Shown one piece after another: positions 1 through 11,053 of a DNA stretch of 64,000 nucleotides. Source of the DNA: Octopus bimaculoides (lineage: Eukaryota); assembly GCF_001194135.2 (NCBI RefSeq), contig NC_068986.1, positions 114,195,299 through 114,259,298 on the forward strand. The letters are read 5' to 3'. Under the pieces are notes generated by a model. It had not been told where the DNA came from. It searched no databases and saw nothing but the letters and a program-made list of their open reading frames with translations. The position numbers were made by a program, and so were the translations under genes. Position 1 is the first letter of the stretch. Every line of letters begins with the position of its first letter.

Positions 1-720
1 ACATCCTTCGGTTTCAGCTTTCATTCCTGTAGTAGTTCTCAGTTAGTACTAACATTTTATTTTATCCACTTTTGCTTTGTTTAGTCTTGTCAGGTATCGC
101 AAACGTCTTAGCATGACATTTTGTAATCCCATTTCAATTTAGTTTTTAGCTTTTAGTTTTTAGAGTTTCAATTGTTGTTATTTCTCTTGTCACAACTGTC
201 TCCATTCTCTCAACTACTATTTTATATTTGCTGGCTTCCTTCAAGACAGAAAACAGTTGCCTTTGTGTTGTTCTTGTTTTCTAGCTCTGTTTCTATTAGT
301 TTCCTTTTATTCTTAACCAGATATTTCTTTAGTCTCATACTAGATATTTTATAATTGTTTTCTACTTTCAGAACACCCTTGACCTCTGTGTATTCGTGAT
401 AAATATATTTTCTTTGTGTCAGATTTTGTGTGCTGTGTTTTCAAATCAGTCATTAGTTTTCTTGTTTCTCTGTCTAGACTTGCTAATTCATTTCACTTCC
501 AGTTAAGAATATTTTAACTATAACTTATTACAGGGACACCTACAGTATTAATGCCTGTTTTCTTATTTTTGAGATTTATGTTTTAAGTATTCTCATTTAT
601 CTATGATATTCTTTTATCTACTTTCTTGATCTAATTTACATTTATCTAATTTAACTCTGATATTCTTTTCTGACTTTAGTTCTCATTTATATATTGTACT
701 CAGTGTAACTCATTACTTTT
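1..720 (-). mobile_element. Decayed R4/Dong-type (RLE) non-LTR retrotransposon, RT C-terminal/thumb region
   Basis: Manual minus-strand translation across stops and frameshifts gives KEYHR*MRILKT, NKKTGINTVGVPVISYS*NILNWK*NELASLDRETRKLMTDLKTQHTKSDTKKIYLSRIHRG and TGMKAETEG. These match the AINT.AVPV..YSF...NW...EL..LDRKTRKL....HHPK.D..RLYL.R..GGRGL and GLK.ETEG motifs of R4/Dong ORFs. Runs off the window start. Confidence 0.8.
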
Positions 721-975
721 TAAATATTAGTAAGTATGATCTTTATACAGCCTAGAATTAACAGCTTCGAAGTATCAGAGACTTTCAGTCACAGACTAAA
801 GAGACTAAACAATGTACTTGGCAACTAACACTTCTACGGACGCTAGTTTTAGTGGTGGTGTACCTGGCCACTTAGGTGCAAACGTTAGCACAGCCGTTTA
901 CTTTACAATAGATACGTGGCTCGAGTCCTGCAGGCGTTTATGGCATATTTATTGTTTAAAAAACATCTAATTTAA

Positions 976-1189
976 GGCGGCGAGCTGGCAGGAACGTTAG
1001 CACGCCGGGCGAAATGCTTAGCGGTATTTCGTCTGTCTTTATGTTCTGAGTTCAAATTCTGTCACGCTCTACTTTGCCTTTAATCCTTTCAGGCTCGATG
1101 AACTAAATACCAGTTGTGTACTGTAATCGATCTAATCGACTGCTCCCGTCCAAAATTTCCGGCCTTGGTCCTAGAGTAGGAAAAAAAAA
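976..1189 (+). mobile_element. SINE family A (GGCGGCGAGCTGGCAG head)
   Basis: Aligns over its length with the copies at 14365-14591 and 20239-20473; A-rich 3' end. Confidence 0.9.
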
Positions 1190-1529
1190 CCCATCTAGTT
1201 TAATTAACAATGTATAAGTCTTTCAGGTTTAATATTCTTTATCCAATTTTACGTGTGTTCTTATTAATAGTTTTTCTGAATACTTCGTTTTGTTTTCTCC
1301 ATAGCTCGCGCATTTTATTTTTCTAATGATATTTTATACTGGTATACGTTGAAAGAGAACAAAGATGTATAATAACATTGTATCATCTCAAAGTTTCTTT
1401 TAATGATTAAGTTTTCCCTTTCAACTTTCTTTTAGTTTGGTGGTTAACCACAGTAGAACTAACGTACCAGTCACCCACCGAATCCAGTTTAATCATCTGT
1501 TCTCTGGCCTGATCTGGGTTTAAATCCCC

Positions 1530-1650
1530 GTCTATGAATGATCAATTTATCGATCAACTGATCTTTCAGGTTCATTGAATTGGCATGTAAGTGGTTGAGT
1601 ATTCCACAGACGCTGTATGGTGTGTTATAAGGATTCGAATTGCAAGTACG
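1530..1650 (-). mobile_element. Old SINE/LINE tail fragment related to the tail of the SINE at 15343
   Basis: The reverse complement GTCTGTGGAATACTCAACCACTTAC matches GTCTGTGGAGTGCTCAGCCACTTGC at about 15620-15645. Confidence 0.45.
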
Positions 1651-1658
1651 ATCAACCT

Positions 1659-1808
1659 GACGGGCTTCCATTCAGTTTCCGTCTACCCAATTTTACCCAC
1701 AAGGTACAGGTCGAATGGAGCAATAGAAAATGGTAGCTGCTATGCCACAGAATCGAAACCGTGACCTCATTAGGGCTAAAAAACCTTAACCATTCACAGG
1801 CTGCGCCT
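1659..1808 (-). mobile_element. Old 5' half of SINE family B
   Basis: GACGGGCTTCC..CAGTTTCCGTCTACC...CACAAGG matches the family B block in the copies at 8201, 30760 and 57219. Confidence 0.6.
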
Positions 1809-2119
1809 ACTTTGGCCTTGTGACTTAGTTAGAAATCATTTTTAAAAACCGTCCAAGGATGACTTAGTTTTCAGCATATCGAGAGCTATAGAATAAATAC
1901 CAGTTGTATACTGGTGTTGATTGAAACGAATTTGCCTCGCATTAATTTGTTAGAAACAATGACTTATGTATTTTAATTTGTTTGTATATTTTATATCGCA
2001 ACTGAGGAACACTAACAGCGTCGGTTTACATATTTCCAATGAACCAATCTCTGGTTGACTGCAAATGTGATGACAGCGGTGACGACGGAGGATCGGTATC
2101 TTAGTCACAGTACGTACAT

Positions 2120-2750
2120 GTATAAGTGTGGGAGGCGGTGTAAAAGAGTGTAGTGACAAAAGGGTTTTAATTTCAAGAAAGGCAAAAACAATGGTTATTA
2201 GTACGAAAAAATGAAATCCGGCAAAAATCAAGAAGCTTGAACAAGCGAAAAACTTCAAGTTCAGGACAAATAACAAATCAAGTATTTCACAGTGTTGAAG
2301 TTGCTCAAATAATAAAAACGGCTAAAACAATAATTTATAAGGTTATAGAAAAATCTTCTCCCTCAAAAGACGTAACATTACAGCTAAGACTGGAGCTAGG
2401 AAACTGTTCTATTATGTCACTAATCTTCGACGGAGCAGAAACTTGGACAACGTAGAGAGCGAAGCAAGATAGATGCCTTCGAGAGGTAAATGTGTCGCAG
2501 AGTAGAGAGATTAAGCTAGAAAGACAAGGTAACAAGAGCTGCAGTACTAGGAAAACTGAAAATCCAAAGACTCTTATTGTTGAGAATCAAGTCCACAACA
2601 TGTTTAAAACCATATTGACAGAATGGAAGAGAACAAAAGACCATCAAAGACGTTTGTGTTCCGAAGACATCAAAGAATGGACAGGAAACAAAAAAAAAAA
2701 CTTGGCTGGTTGTATGTACGTAGCACATTGCAGAGTGAACTAGAGAGACT
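2120..2750 (+). mobile_element. Decayed RTE-clade LINE, RT C-terminal part
   Basis: Fragments KTMVIS, KLEQAKNFK and LRLELGNCSIMSLIFDGAETWTT followed by a DAFE-like motif match RTE/BovB RT (KLEQV..FKYLG; LLYG.ETWT; I.AFE). Many stops. Confidence 0.75.
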
Positions 2751-2782
2751 TGGAACTAGAGAGACTTGGAACTAGAGAGACT
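2737..2782. repeat. 16-bp tandem repeat (GAACTAGAGAGACTTG x about 2.9)
   Basis: Directly visible at the 3' end of the RTE fragment. Confidence 0.9.
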
Positions 2783-2794
2783 CCTGTATTCAGG

Positions 2795-2915
2795 GACCAA
2801 TCACTAGGTCAACCTGAGCCAATGGTAAAAGAATTTTACCAAAACTAATGTGCGACGAGATGGAATTCAACCCGAAGCCACTCTGTTACGAATCGAACTT
2901 CTTAACCACGCAACT
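2795..2915 (-). mobile_element. Highly decayed SINE family B head
   Basis: GGTCAACCTGAGC...GAATTCAACCCGAAGCCAC...CTTCTTAACCAC resembles the reverse of the family B tRNA head. Confidence 0.45.
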
Positions 2916-3699
2916 AATAGCTCTTACTAAAGTGTTTCACTAGTCTTACATTAATTACGTCTTTGCACTGTGCAGCCGAACACAGCTCTGTGTGCCATAG
3001 TTAAGGTGCTTTTGTTTGGTGTTGGCGTTTTGCTATTATATTGAAACTGCTCTACGTAATATGTATTCAGTGTCTAGTTGGATAATTTTCTCTATGTTAT
3101 GCATATTGGTAAGTCCTGGGTGTTTGGTAATGTATTGGTCTGCATCTTTTTATTATTTTTTCATTCTTCTTTTATTATTATCAATCCCAACGCACCTATT
3201 ATTATTATAGGGATTGTTTCTGTTTTTCAATTCTCATATTCTGGTTATCTATATTTCCAGGTCTCTATATATGGATATTTTCTCCATTTCTTTCCGAGAT
3301 ATATTGTCGCCCGTTGCAATCGATTCAATATTATTATTACCCGTATTATCAATATTGTTATATAATTTTTTTTATTTGTTTATGTTTATGTTTTGTTTTG
3401 TTTTACATTGTTAGCTGTTAGCGAAAGAAGAAGAAAAGAACAAAAATAAAGCAAGACAAACTACACAATAAATGAACAGCAATACGATTTATCGATCCAA
3501 TATTAATCACAACCAAACCATATGTTATATCATCCCGCCACCCACATCCTGTCGCCCGAACACCACCACCACCACCACCATCACTCGTATATAAATGAGT
3601 GGCTGGATGTCTGTGTCGATTGATTTTAGTAAATATTGATTATTGATTTCTGACATTGAATTACTGTAACGGTTTCTATTTATCATTTTCATTGCTACA

Positions 3700-4193
3700 C
3701 TATTATTGTACGTGGTAGCGTGGTAGTGGTTATGATGTTATTGGTAGCGTAGTAGTGGTAGTAGTGCCATGGTGAGCAAAGTTGTATAGTGATAAAGAAG
3801 GGGTGTAATGGAGGTAGTGGGGTTAGGGTATTACTGTGGTGACGACGGTGGTATAACAGTAGTGGTATGTATGGGATGAAGTTAGTAGTATGGCAATAGT
3901 GGCAGCGTCACCGTGGGGAATTTATTAGTGATAAGGGTTGGTATAGTAATGGTGGTGGTGGTGGTGGTGGTGGTGTGATGGTATAGTAAAGGTATTGCGA
4001 TAGTGTGATAGGAGTGCTGTTCCAATGTGGGTGGCGTTAACGTGATAGTACAAGCGTGGTGTTGATGCTACAGTGATAGTATTATGATGGTATGAGGCGG
4101 TGTTAGTAATGTGATAGTGGTGTTGTGATGGGGTGGTATTAATGCCGTTTCGGTGGTTGCTTTGTGGTAGTAGGAAAGTAGTGATGATACAAT

Positions 4194-4235
<42 letters not shown>

Positions 4236-4420
4236 TTTCAGTGGTGGATGTAATCGTGTATGAAAAGTGATTAAGCGTAATAGGGAGAAGGTCTAGTAGT
4301 TTCAAGGGGATGGAAGTTTCGCGGTAATAGTGTGGCAGCAAGATTGTGCAGTGTGCAACTAGTGGTAGGATGGTAGTATGTTGTAAATAATGAAGTGGTG
4401 TTAGCAATTTACTAGTAGTA
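3700..4420. repeat. Degenerate (GTA/GTG)n trinucleotide low-complexity block
   Basis: Visible GGT/AGT periodicity with pure (TAG)n and (TGG)n cores; explains the His/Thr/Leu ORF 3925-4440. Confidence 0.85.
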
Positions 4421-4427
4421 ATATTAT

Positions 4428-4741
4428 GGAGCGGAAGCACATCGCCTAGTGGTTAGAGTAGCGGACACGCGGTTGAGGGATCGCGGGTTCGAATCTCAGA
4501 CTGGGTGATGTGTGTGTTTATGATCGAAACATCTAAAGTTCCACGCGGCTCCGGCAGAAGGTAATGGCGAACTTCTTCTGACTCTTTCGCCACAACTTTC
4601 ATTCACTCTTTCTTCCTGCATCTAGCAGCTCACCTGTGATGGACCGGCGTCCCGTCCAGGTGGGGAACCTATACGGCAATGAAACCGGAAAACTGGCCCT
4701 TATGAGCCAGGCATGGCTCGAAAAGAAACAAACAACAACAA
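4428..4741 (+). mobile_element. tRNA-derived SINE family C with V-domain-like tail
   Basis: Pol III A box (TAGTGGTTAGAG) and B box (GGTTCGAATC). Body is shared with 15343; tail CCTGTGATGGACCGGCGTCCCGTCCAGG resembles the V-SINE conserved domain (from memory); ends in (AAC)n. Confidence 0.9.
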
Positions 4742-4753
4742 TATTATGTCAGT

Positions 4754-4945
4754 GGAAAACTGGCAGAACTGTGAACGCGTCGGACAAAATGCTTAGCAGT
4801 TCTCTGAGTTCAAATAACGGCGAGGTCAGCCGGTGTTTGAACTTTCGTCATTTTGGGGTCGATGAAGTTAAGGATCAGTCAAGTATTAGGGCACCGACCA
4901 AAATCTTTAAAATTTTTATATCTGTGCCAAATTTTGAAACAATTA
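4754..4945 (+). mobile_element. Decayed SINE family A
   Basis: CTGGCAGAA...CGGACAAAATGCTTAGC...GAGTTCAAAT..CGGCGAGGTC...GGGGTCGAT matches the family A order. Confidence 0.6.
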
Positions 4946-5441
4946 CGTAGTGTATATGTTGCTCACAGAATAACCGTGAGAACATTGTTTTTTAACAGCA
5001 GTCAAATGCAGTGAAGCAAACCCGCGATACAAAAGCGTTCCAACCAACACCATCCATACTCTTTTTCAGATACATTATTTTTAATATCACCTGAAACGTG
5101 ACCTTCATCTTTTAACACGGTACGGTGTTATCTGGTAGTTTTTTTCCCTGCGATTTCTACAAGGGCTTGTAACTATGTCCATACGGTTCATGAGTGTATG
5201 CATGCGCGCATGTGTGTGTGAGACAGAGAGTGTATGTGTGAGTGTGCATGAGTGTGTGTGAGTGTGCATGGATGTGTGAGACTGCATGTGTATCAGTGTA
5301 CGTTTATATGTGCAAGGAGTCGATCAAGGTTCACCGTACATCTAGACATGTATGTGCAACCATGGGTGAAATACATACACACGCACGCATACATACATAC
5401 ATACATACATACATACATACATACATACATACATACATACA

Positions 5442-5490
<49 letters not shown>

Positions 5491-5821
5491 CTTTTTGTAA
5501 ATAAAACCAAGGATGAATTGCGTTCCGTTAATTAATAGGTTAAAAAATATATAGTAAATGCAGAAACGAAAAACAGACGCAGAATGACAAGTTAAAAAAT
5601 ATATATAGTAAATGCACTGACGAACGGAAAACAGAGACAGAAGGTTCTCAATTCCTCATCACTTATCGACTAGTGGGTCTGACGCAATTTTGTGCCTTTA
5701 ACGATAATATTACTTCCCAGCTGGTGACACCTGGAAGAGCTGGAGGGAATATGGAACCGAGAATATATGGACAACAAGCGACATAGAAGCGGACATACGA
5801 AATTGAATAAATGTAATTGAA

Positions 5822-5888
5822 GACGAGGTCGTTATTAGATGGACGAGGTCGTTATTAGATGGACGAGGTCGTTATTAGATGGACGAGG
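5822..5888. repeat. Perfect 20-bp tandem repeat GACGAGGTCGTTATTAGATG x3 plus partial
   Basis: Directly visible, no spacers. Confidence 0.95.
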
Positions 5889-6064
5889 GACAAAAACGAA
5901 ATTTTAAAAAAAGCACATACAAGTACCGCGTTATAGAATACGTACATTTATGAGGGGAAAGAGTAAAGAAGAAAGATATGAACTGCAAAGAATTATAAAT
6001 AAATGCATCATATTTAATGAGTCCTAGAGAAATAATCACGCGCGTGCGTGTATGTGTGTGACAT

Positions 6065-6136
<72 letters not shown>

Positions 6137-6309
6137 GGACGTAAGGATTAGATGAGAACGCTATGAAAGGAAGACAAAATCAAAATAAAATAAAGGATAA
6201 GGAAAAATTGTAGCCAAGAGAGAGAGAAAGAGAGAAGGAGAAAGAGAGAAAGACAGAGAGGGAGAGAGAGAAAGAGAGAGGAAGTGAGAGAAAGAGAGAA
6301 AGAGAGAAG

Positions 6310-6352
<43 letters not shown>

Positions 6353-7485
6353 TCAGAGAGAGAGAGAGAGAGAAAAGAAAGAAATGCTTTAGAATGATAC
6401 TCCAATAAACAAAAATAGATTCAACTTCTGTTTTCTAATTATGAGAAAAAGAGAAGTTGGTTTATCAATAGATTGTGCTTCTCATATGAGATGTCTTGCA
6501 ACAATGTTAGTTAATAGCGAGTCTTTGACACAAAAATACAAGTTTCGAAGCATAATTCTAAATATTCATAAATCCGTTATAATGCTTCAAGGAACTTCGG
6601 AAAATGATTGAAGAATTTCAGAGCAATTCCGGTTATAAAACCCTAGTTAGAATAAAATTTCACAGAAGGATCTTCTTTCTTTTTTTTTTTTTATTGAACG
6701 GTATTTCTTATTTAAATTTATTTCTAGAATTCCCTAAGTTAAGTGCCGACATCAAGCAGAAGAATTAACACAAGTAACACGATACAAATTCTCCAAAGTA
6801 TGATTTGCCAAATCCGACCACTGACTACACAGTATATCAACGTTCCCACCTTTCAGTGTCCAGAAATGGTACAAAATAGCNNNNNNNNNNNNNNNNNNNN
6901 NNNNNNNNNNNNNNNNNNNNNNNNNNNNNNNNNNNNNNNNNNNNNNNNNNNNNNNNNNNNNNNNNNNNNNNNNNNNNNNNNNNNNNNNNNNNNNNNNNNN
7001 NNNNNNNNNNNNNNNNNNNNNNNNNNNNNNNNNNNNNNNNNNNNNNNNNNNNNNNNNNNNNNNNNNNNNNNNNNNNNNNNNNNNNNNNNNNNNNNNNNNN
7101 NNNNNNNNNNNNNNNNNNNNNNNNNNNNNNNNNNNNNNNNNNNNNNNNNNNNNNNNNNNNNNNNNNNNNNNNNNNNNNNNNNNNNNNNNNNNNNNNNNNN
7201 NNNNNNNNNNNNNNNNNNNNNNNNNNNNNNNNNNNNNNNNNNNNNNNNNNNNNNNNNNNNNNNNNNNNNNNNNNNNNNNNNNNNNNNNNNNNNNNNNNNN
7301 NNNNNNNNNNNNNNNNNNNNNNNNNNNNNNNNNNNNNNNNNNNNNNNNNNNNNNNNNNNNNNNNNNNNNNNNNNNNNNNNNNNNNNNNNNNNNNNNNNNN
7401 NNNNNNNNNNNNNNNNNNNNNNNNNNNNNNNNNNNNNNNNNNNNNNNNNNNNNNNNNNNNNNNNNTATATATATATATATATATA

Positions 7486-7930
7486 TTTCTTACAGCATTA
7501 GAGCATTTTAGCTCTTATTTCTAGCAATGTAGGTGTCTTGACACACTTCATCGCGTTTATTGATGATTATATTTTTCCTTTATGGTATCACATTGTGCAT
7601 GGCTGTTTATATTAATTTTTAGTATACACATTAGTGATCCGCTATATCATTCATAAATTTTTTATGGTAAATACATATATACTAACAGAGAAATCTGCGG
7701 AACGAGCAGCCCTTGCTGAGGATAGCTACGGAAATAGCCGAAACTGAACGTTTAGACTAAGGAATTCTCGAGTTGGTGTTTTGGGTGCTTTTCCTACAGC
7801 ATTAGAGCATTTTAGCTCTTATTTCTAACAATGTAGGTGTCTTGACACCCTTAATCGCGTTTAGTGACGATTATATTTTTCCTATATGGTAACACATTGC
7901 GCATGGCTATTTATATTGATTTGTATAGGT
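7486..7930 (+). mobile_element. 304-bp-period partial tandem element (about 1.45 units) with hammerhead motif; pLTR/retrozyme-like
   Basis: ACAGCATTAGAGC occurs at 7492 and 7796. About 133 bp are duplicated with roughly 11 mismatches counted by eye. Starts directly at a (TA)n tract; hammerhead-like core in the unique part. Confidence 0.75.
7711..7762 (+). ncRNA. Degenerate type I hammerhead ribozyme motif
   Basis: CCTTG-CTGAGGA-T-AGCTA(CGGAAA)TAGCC-GAAA-CTGAACGTTTAG-A-C-TAAGG. Core CUGANGA and GAAA are intact; stem I CCTTG/TAAGG; near-palindromic stem III. Position 16.1 is A instead of U and the first stem II pair is A-C. Confidence 0.55.
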
Positions 7931-7937
7931 ACATATA

Positions 7938-8042
7938 ATTGCTGACCTCTTGAGAAAATTTTATATATATATATATTTATATATAAATTCATTATATATA
8001 TATATATAAATATATATTAAATTTTGTCAAGAGGTCAGCAAT
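7938..8042. repeat. Fold-back element: GC-containing inverted termini around an (AT)n core
   Basis: ATTGCTGACCTCTTGA(G)AAAATTT pairs with AAATTTT(G)TCAAGAGGTCAGCAAT. Confidence 0.85.
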
Positions 8043-8148
8043 CCCGAAAGGATGAAAAGCAAAGTCGACCTCAGCGAAAAACTCAGAACATGGAGACGGA
8101 CGAAATGCCGCTAAACAATTTGCCCGGCATTCTGCCAACTCGCTACCT
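8043..8148 (-). mobile_element. SINE family A, 3'-truncated
   Basis: CCCGAAAGGATGAAAAGCAAAGTCGACCTC...CTGCCAACTCGC matches the reverse of family A; its 3' part is replaced by the fold-back at 7938. Confidence 0.8.
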
Positions 8149-8200
8149 TACATACGTATGTATATGTATGCATGTGTGTGTATGTATGTATGTATGTATA

Positions 8201-8569
8201 TTTACTCTTTTATTCTTTTATTTGTTTCAGTCATTTGAATGCTGCCATGCTGGAGCACCGCTTTTAGTTGATCAAATCGACCCCCGGATTTATTCTTTGT
8301 AAGCTTAGTACTTGTTCTATCGGTGTATTTGCCGAACCGCTAAGTTACGGGGACGTAAACACATCAGCATCGGTTGTCAAGCGACGGTGGTGGGGACAAA
8401 CATAGACAAGCGCGCGCGCACATACATATGTTTCCGTCTACCAAATCCACTCACAAGGCTTTGATCAACCCGAAGCTATAGTAGAAGACTCTTGCCAAGG
8501 TGCCACGCAGTAGGACTGAACCCGGAACCATGTGGTTAGTAAGCAAACTACTTACCACACAGCCACTCC
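8201..8569 (-). mobile_element. SINE family B (tRNA head, CORE-like segment, internal microsatellite, CR1-like tail)
   Basis: Aligns with the copies at 26131, 30760 and 57219; head GGAGTGGCTGTGTGGTAAG...GGTTCAGTCC. Confidence 0.9.
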
Positions 8570-9629
8570 TGTGCCTATATATATATATTATATTATATTA
8601 TATTATATTATATTATATCATATTATATTATATTATATTATATACGTACATGTGTGCGTATGTGAATGCATTATATATATGGATATATGTGTGTATATAT
8701 GACACGCATACGCACGCACAAACATACGTTTGTATTTAGGTATATAGGATTACGTTGGGGGATATATAAGAATGGGAAGATAGACAGATGGGCGGACAGG
8801 AGAATGGATGTACGATGGAATTATGGATGAAAGGATGGATGGACCTCTTCTACCAGAACATAAAGAATTAAGTGCAATGAAACGATGACATAATTCTTAT
8901 GTTTCAAACAGCAAAACCCTAAGTAACCAGATGTTTCAATGACCGAAGAAAAAAGGGGTGGTGCGTGTGGTGGTGTCAATCCCTGTGTGGTCGAGCCATC
9001 AGATGTCCCACTTCCTGTTATCTTTATATTGTTGAATCAATTCTTGCTGACCCCTAAAATGTAATCAGGATATCGTACAGATAATTACAATTTCAGAGCC
9101 TAAATGTTTTATTGAATAATCGGAACATATGTTAATGTTTAGAAAATTTTCAGATAAAACAATGTTTTCGGTTAAAAGTCTGCTGGGTCAGTCTTGACAT
9201 TGTTATTTTTTGTTATTTCTGTTTTTGTCATGTTATCACAAGGAATTATATAAAACGACTTAAACGTAACAAAGTTGCTCCATCCGTGACAACACTGTTT
9301 TATGTTCTATATTGAGTAAAATGTCATACAATGTATCATCCATGCATTTTTTCATGTGATTGAGGGAAATTTATCCGCCATTTCTACGTTATTTTAAGGT
9401 GGTGGGCATGTTTGGCTGGTAGAAGAGTTAGGATGTTTTGGATAAATTACAACACAGTATTTTCCCAGTTTTAAAGTTCGAAGTTCAAGTTCCACTGGGT
9501 TCGCCATTACACTTCAGCCTTCTGGGGATAAAATAAGATGAAGAACCAGTGAAGAACAGGGGTGAATCTTATTAAATGATCATGCTTTGAACTTGTTATA
9601 AAGAAGGGAAAACACGTACACTGAGTGGA

Positions 9630-9764
9630 GGCGCTTTGGGGACAACTCCCTCATAGCACTGGATTTTAAAACACTTGAAAGTCATAAACAGGTGAGGAGA
9701 CTCGCCTCCCATGCCATTGGCTGTTTCAACACCCAGTGTTGTGAGAGATCGGCCCCAAAGCGCT
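9630..9764 (+). other. GC-rich nested inverted repeat (candidate structured RNA)
   Basis: 9631-9641 pairs perfectly with 9753-9763; 9647-9662 pairs with 9733-9748 (2 G-U, 1 mismatch); inner hairpin GGTGAG-GAGA-CTCGCC. Confidence 0.5.
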
Positions 9765-9924
9765 GATCGCAGCATTCCGGCGAACAAGCAAGACATATGC
9801 AAGTGTGGTCGATAATGTTTACAACACTAGCACTGCTTTTAATTCTTAATTGAATTTAATCTTAAGCATTGTCGTGACATACAAGCAAATGGTTCTTACA
9901 CTATCTGTATACAGTTGTCGAATA

Positions 9925-9935
9925 TATTATTATTA

Positions 9936-10005
<70 letters not shown>
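9925..10005. repeat. (ATT)n microsatellite
   Basis: Directly visible. Confidence 0.95.
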
Positions 10006-10006
<1 letters not shown>

Positions 10007-11021
10007 TCTTTCAGACATAGTGATACTAATGACCTGGTTTTAGAACTCAAAATATTCAATATACATATGCTTTAGAAGAAAGTGTCAGTCGAGTACAGAA
10101 CAATAAAACGAAATTAAAATAAGGGAATAAGAAAATATGTCCCGGACTTCATTATTTTGCTGCTATTTCGCTATAATGTACAATGCACTCATAGCTGAAT
10201 GCTTGTGTATTACCCCATAGCTTCATCGGAGCTTCAAAATGGAAGTGCAAGTTTATTTGAGAAAGTGTTTATATTTAAAAGCGTTACCATAAAAATAAAA
10301 ATAAAAGGCTTAATGGTTTGTAGGAAATGAAGTAGGGAGTTTGAGCGGCAGAAGCCTCTCTCAGAAAAAAGTAGATAGAAATATAATTTTATATATCTAC
10401 ATATGAAATGCATACGCACAAACAGTCCAAGACAGAAGTTCTTATTCCTTTGTCATTTTCTCGCCTGTTGATAGTCTTCAAATATTATACTTGCGCCATC
10501 GGAGTCCGCCAAATAATCGATCAATAACCGATTGATTGATTGGTTCGCTGATATAAATGAAAAATTGATCGTTTTCCTGAGTTATTGATACATACATACA
10601 TACATGTTACATTGTATTATAAAAAAACTGTACATAAGAGAGAGAGAATGGTGGAGTGAAGGAGAGATTTGCTTTGAGATAGGGGTCATTAGAGGCGATG
10701 TGGAAGGGAGCAAAGAAGGTAAGAAAGAAAGGAGAAAAGAAGGCAAGTAACTAAAAAGACGAACTAAAGAAAGAAAACAGAACGAAAATGAAAGAATGAA
10801 AAAAGAAATAAAGAAAGGAAAAGAATGAAAGAAGAAAGTGATAAATAAAGAGAAAAGAAGGATAGAAAAAAAACATAGAAAAAAGAAAAACGAAGAATCT
10901 ATTGAGAGTTGAGTGTATCTGAAAGAAAACAGATTAAGATTTAAGAGGAAGGAAGACATTTCGATAAAACGAGAGAGAGGGGGGAGGGGGAGGGGGGTAT
11001 CTATGTCAGTGTATGGGTAAA

Positions 11022-11053
<32 letters not shown>

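Noticed and set aside
3823-3828. TTAGGG telomeric motif
   Set aside because: Single copy inside low-complexity sequence.
4428-4510. tRNA-like sequence with A and B boxes as a tRNA gene (also 15343, 26131, 56392, 59066)
   Set aside because: No acceptor stem or cloverleaf; each continues into a SINE body.
5822-5888. CRISPR-like direct repeats
   Set aside because: No spacers, eukaryotic context, no cas genes.
8880-9050. Minus-strand frame GSGTSDGSTTQGLTPPHAPPLFSSVIETSG
   Set aside because: No good acceptor or donor pair and no recognisable homology.
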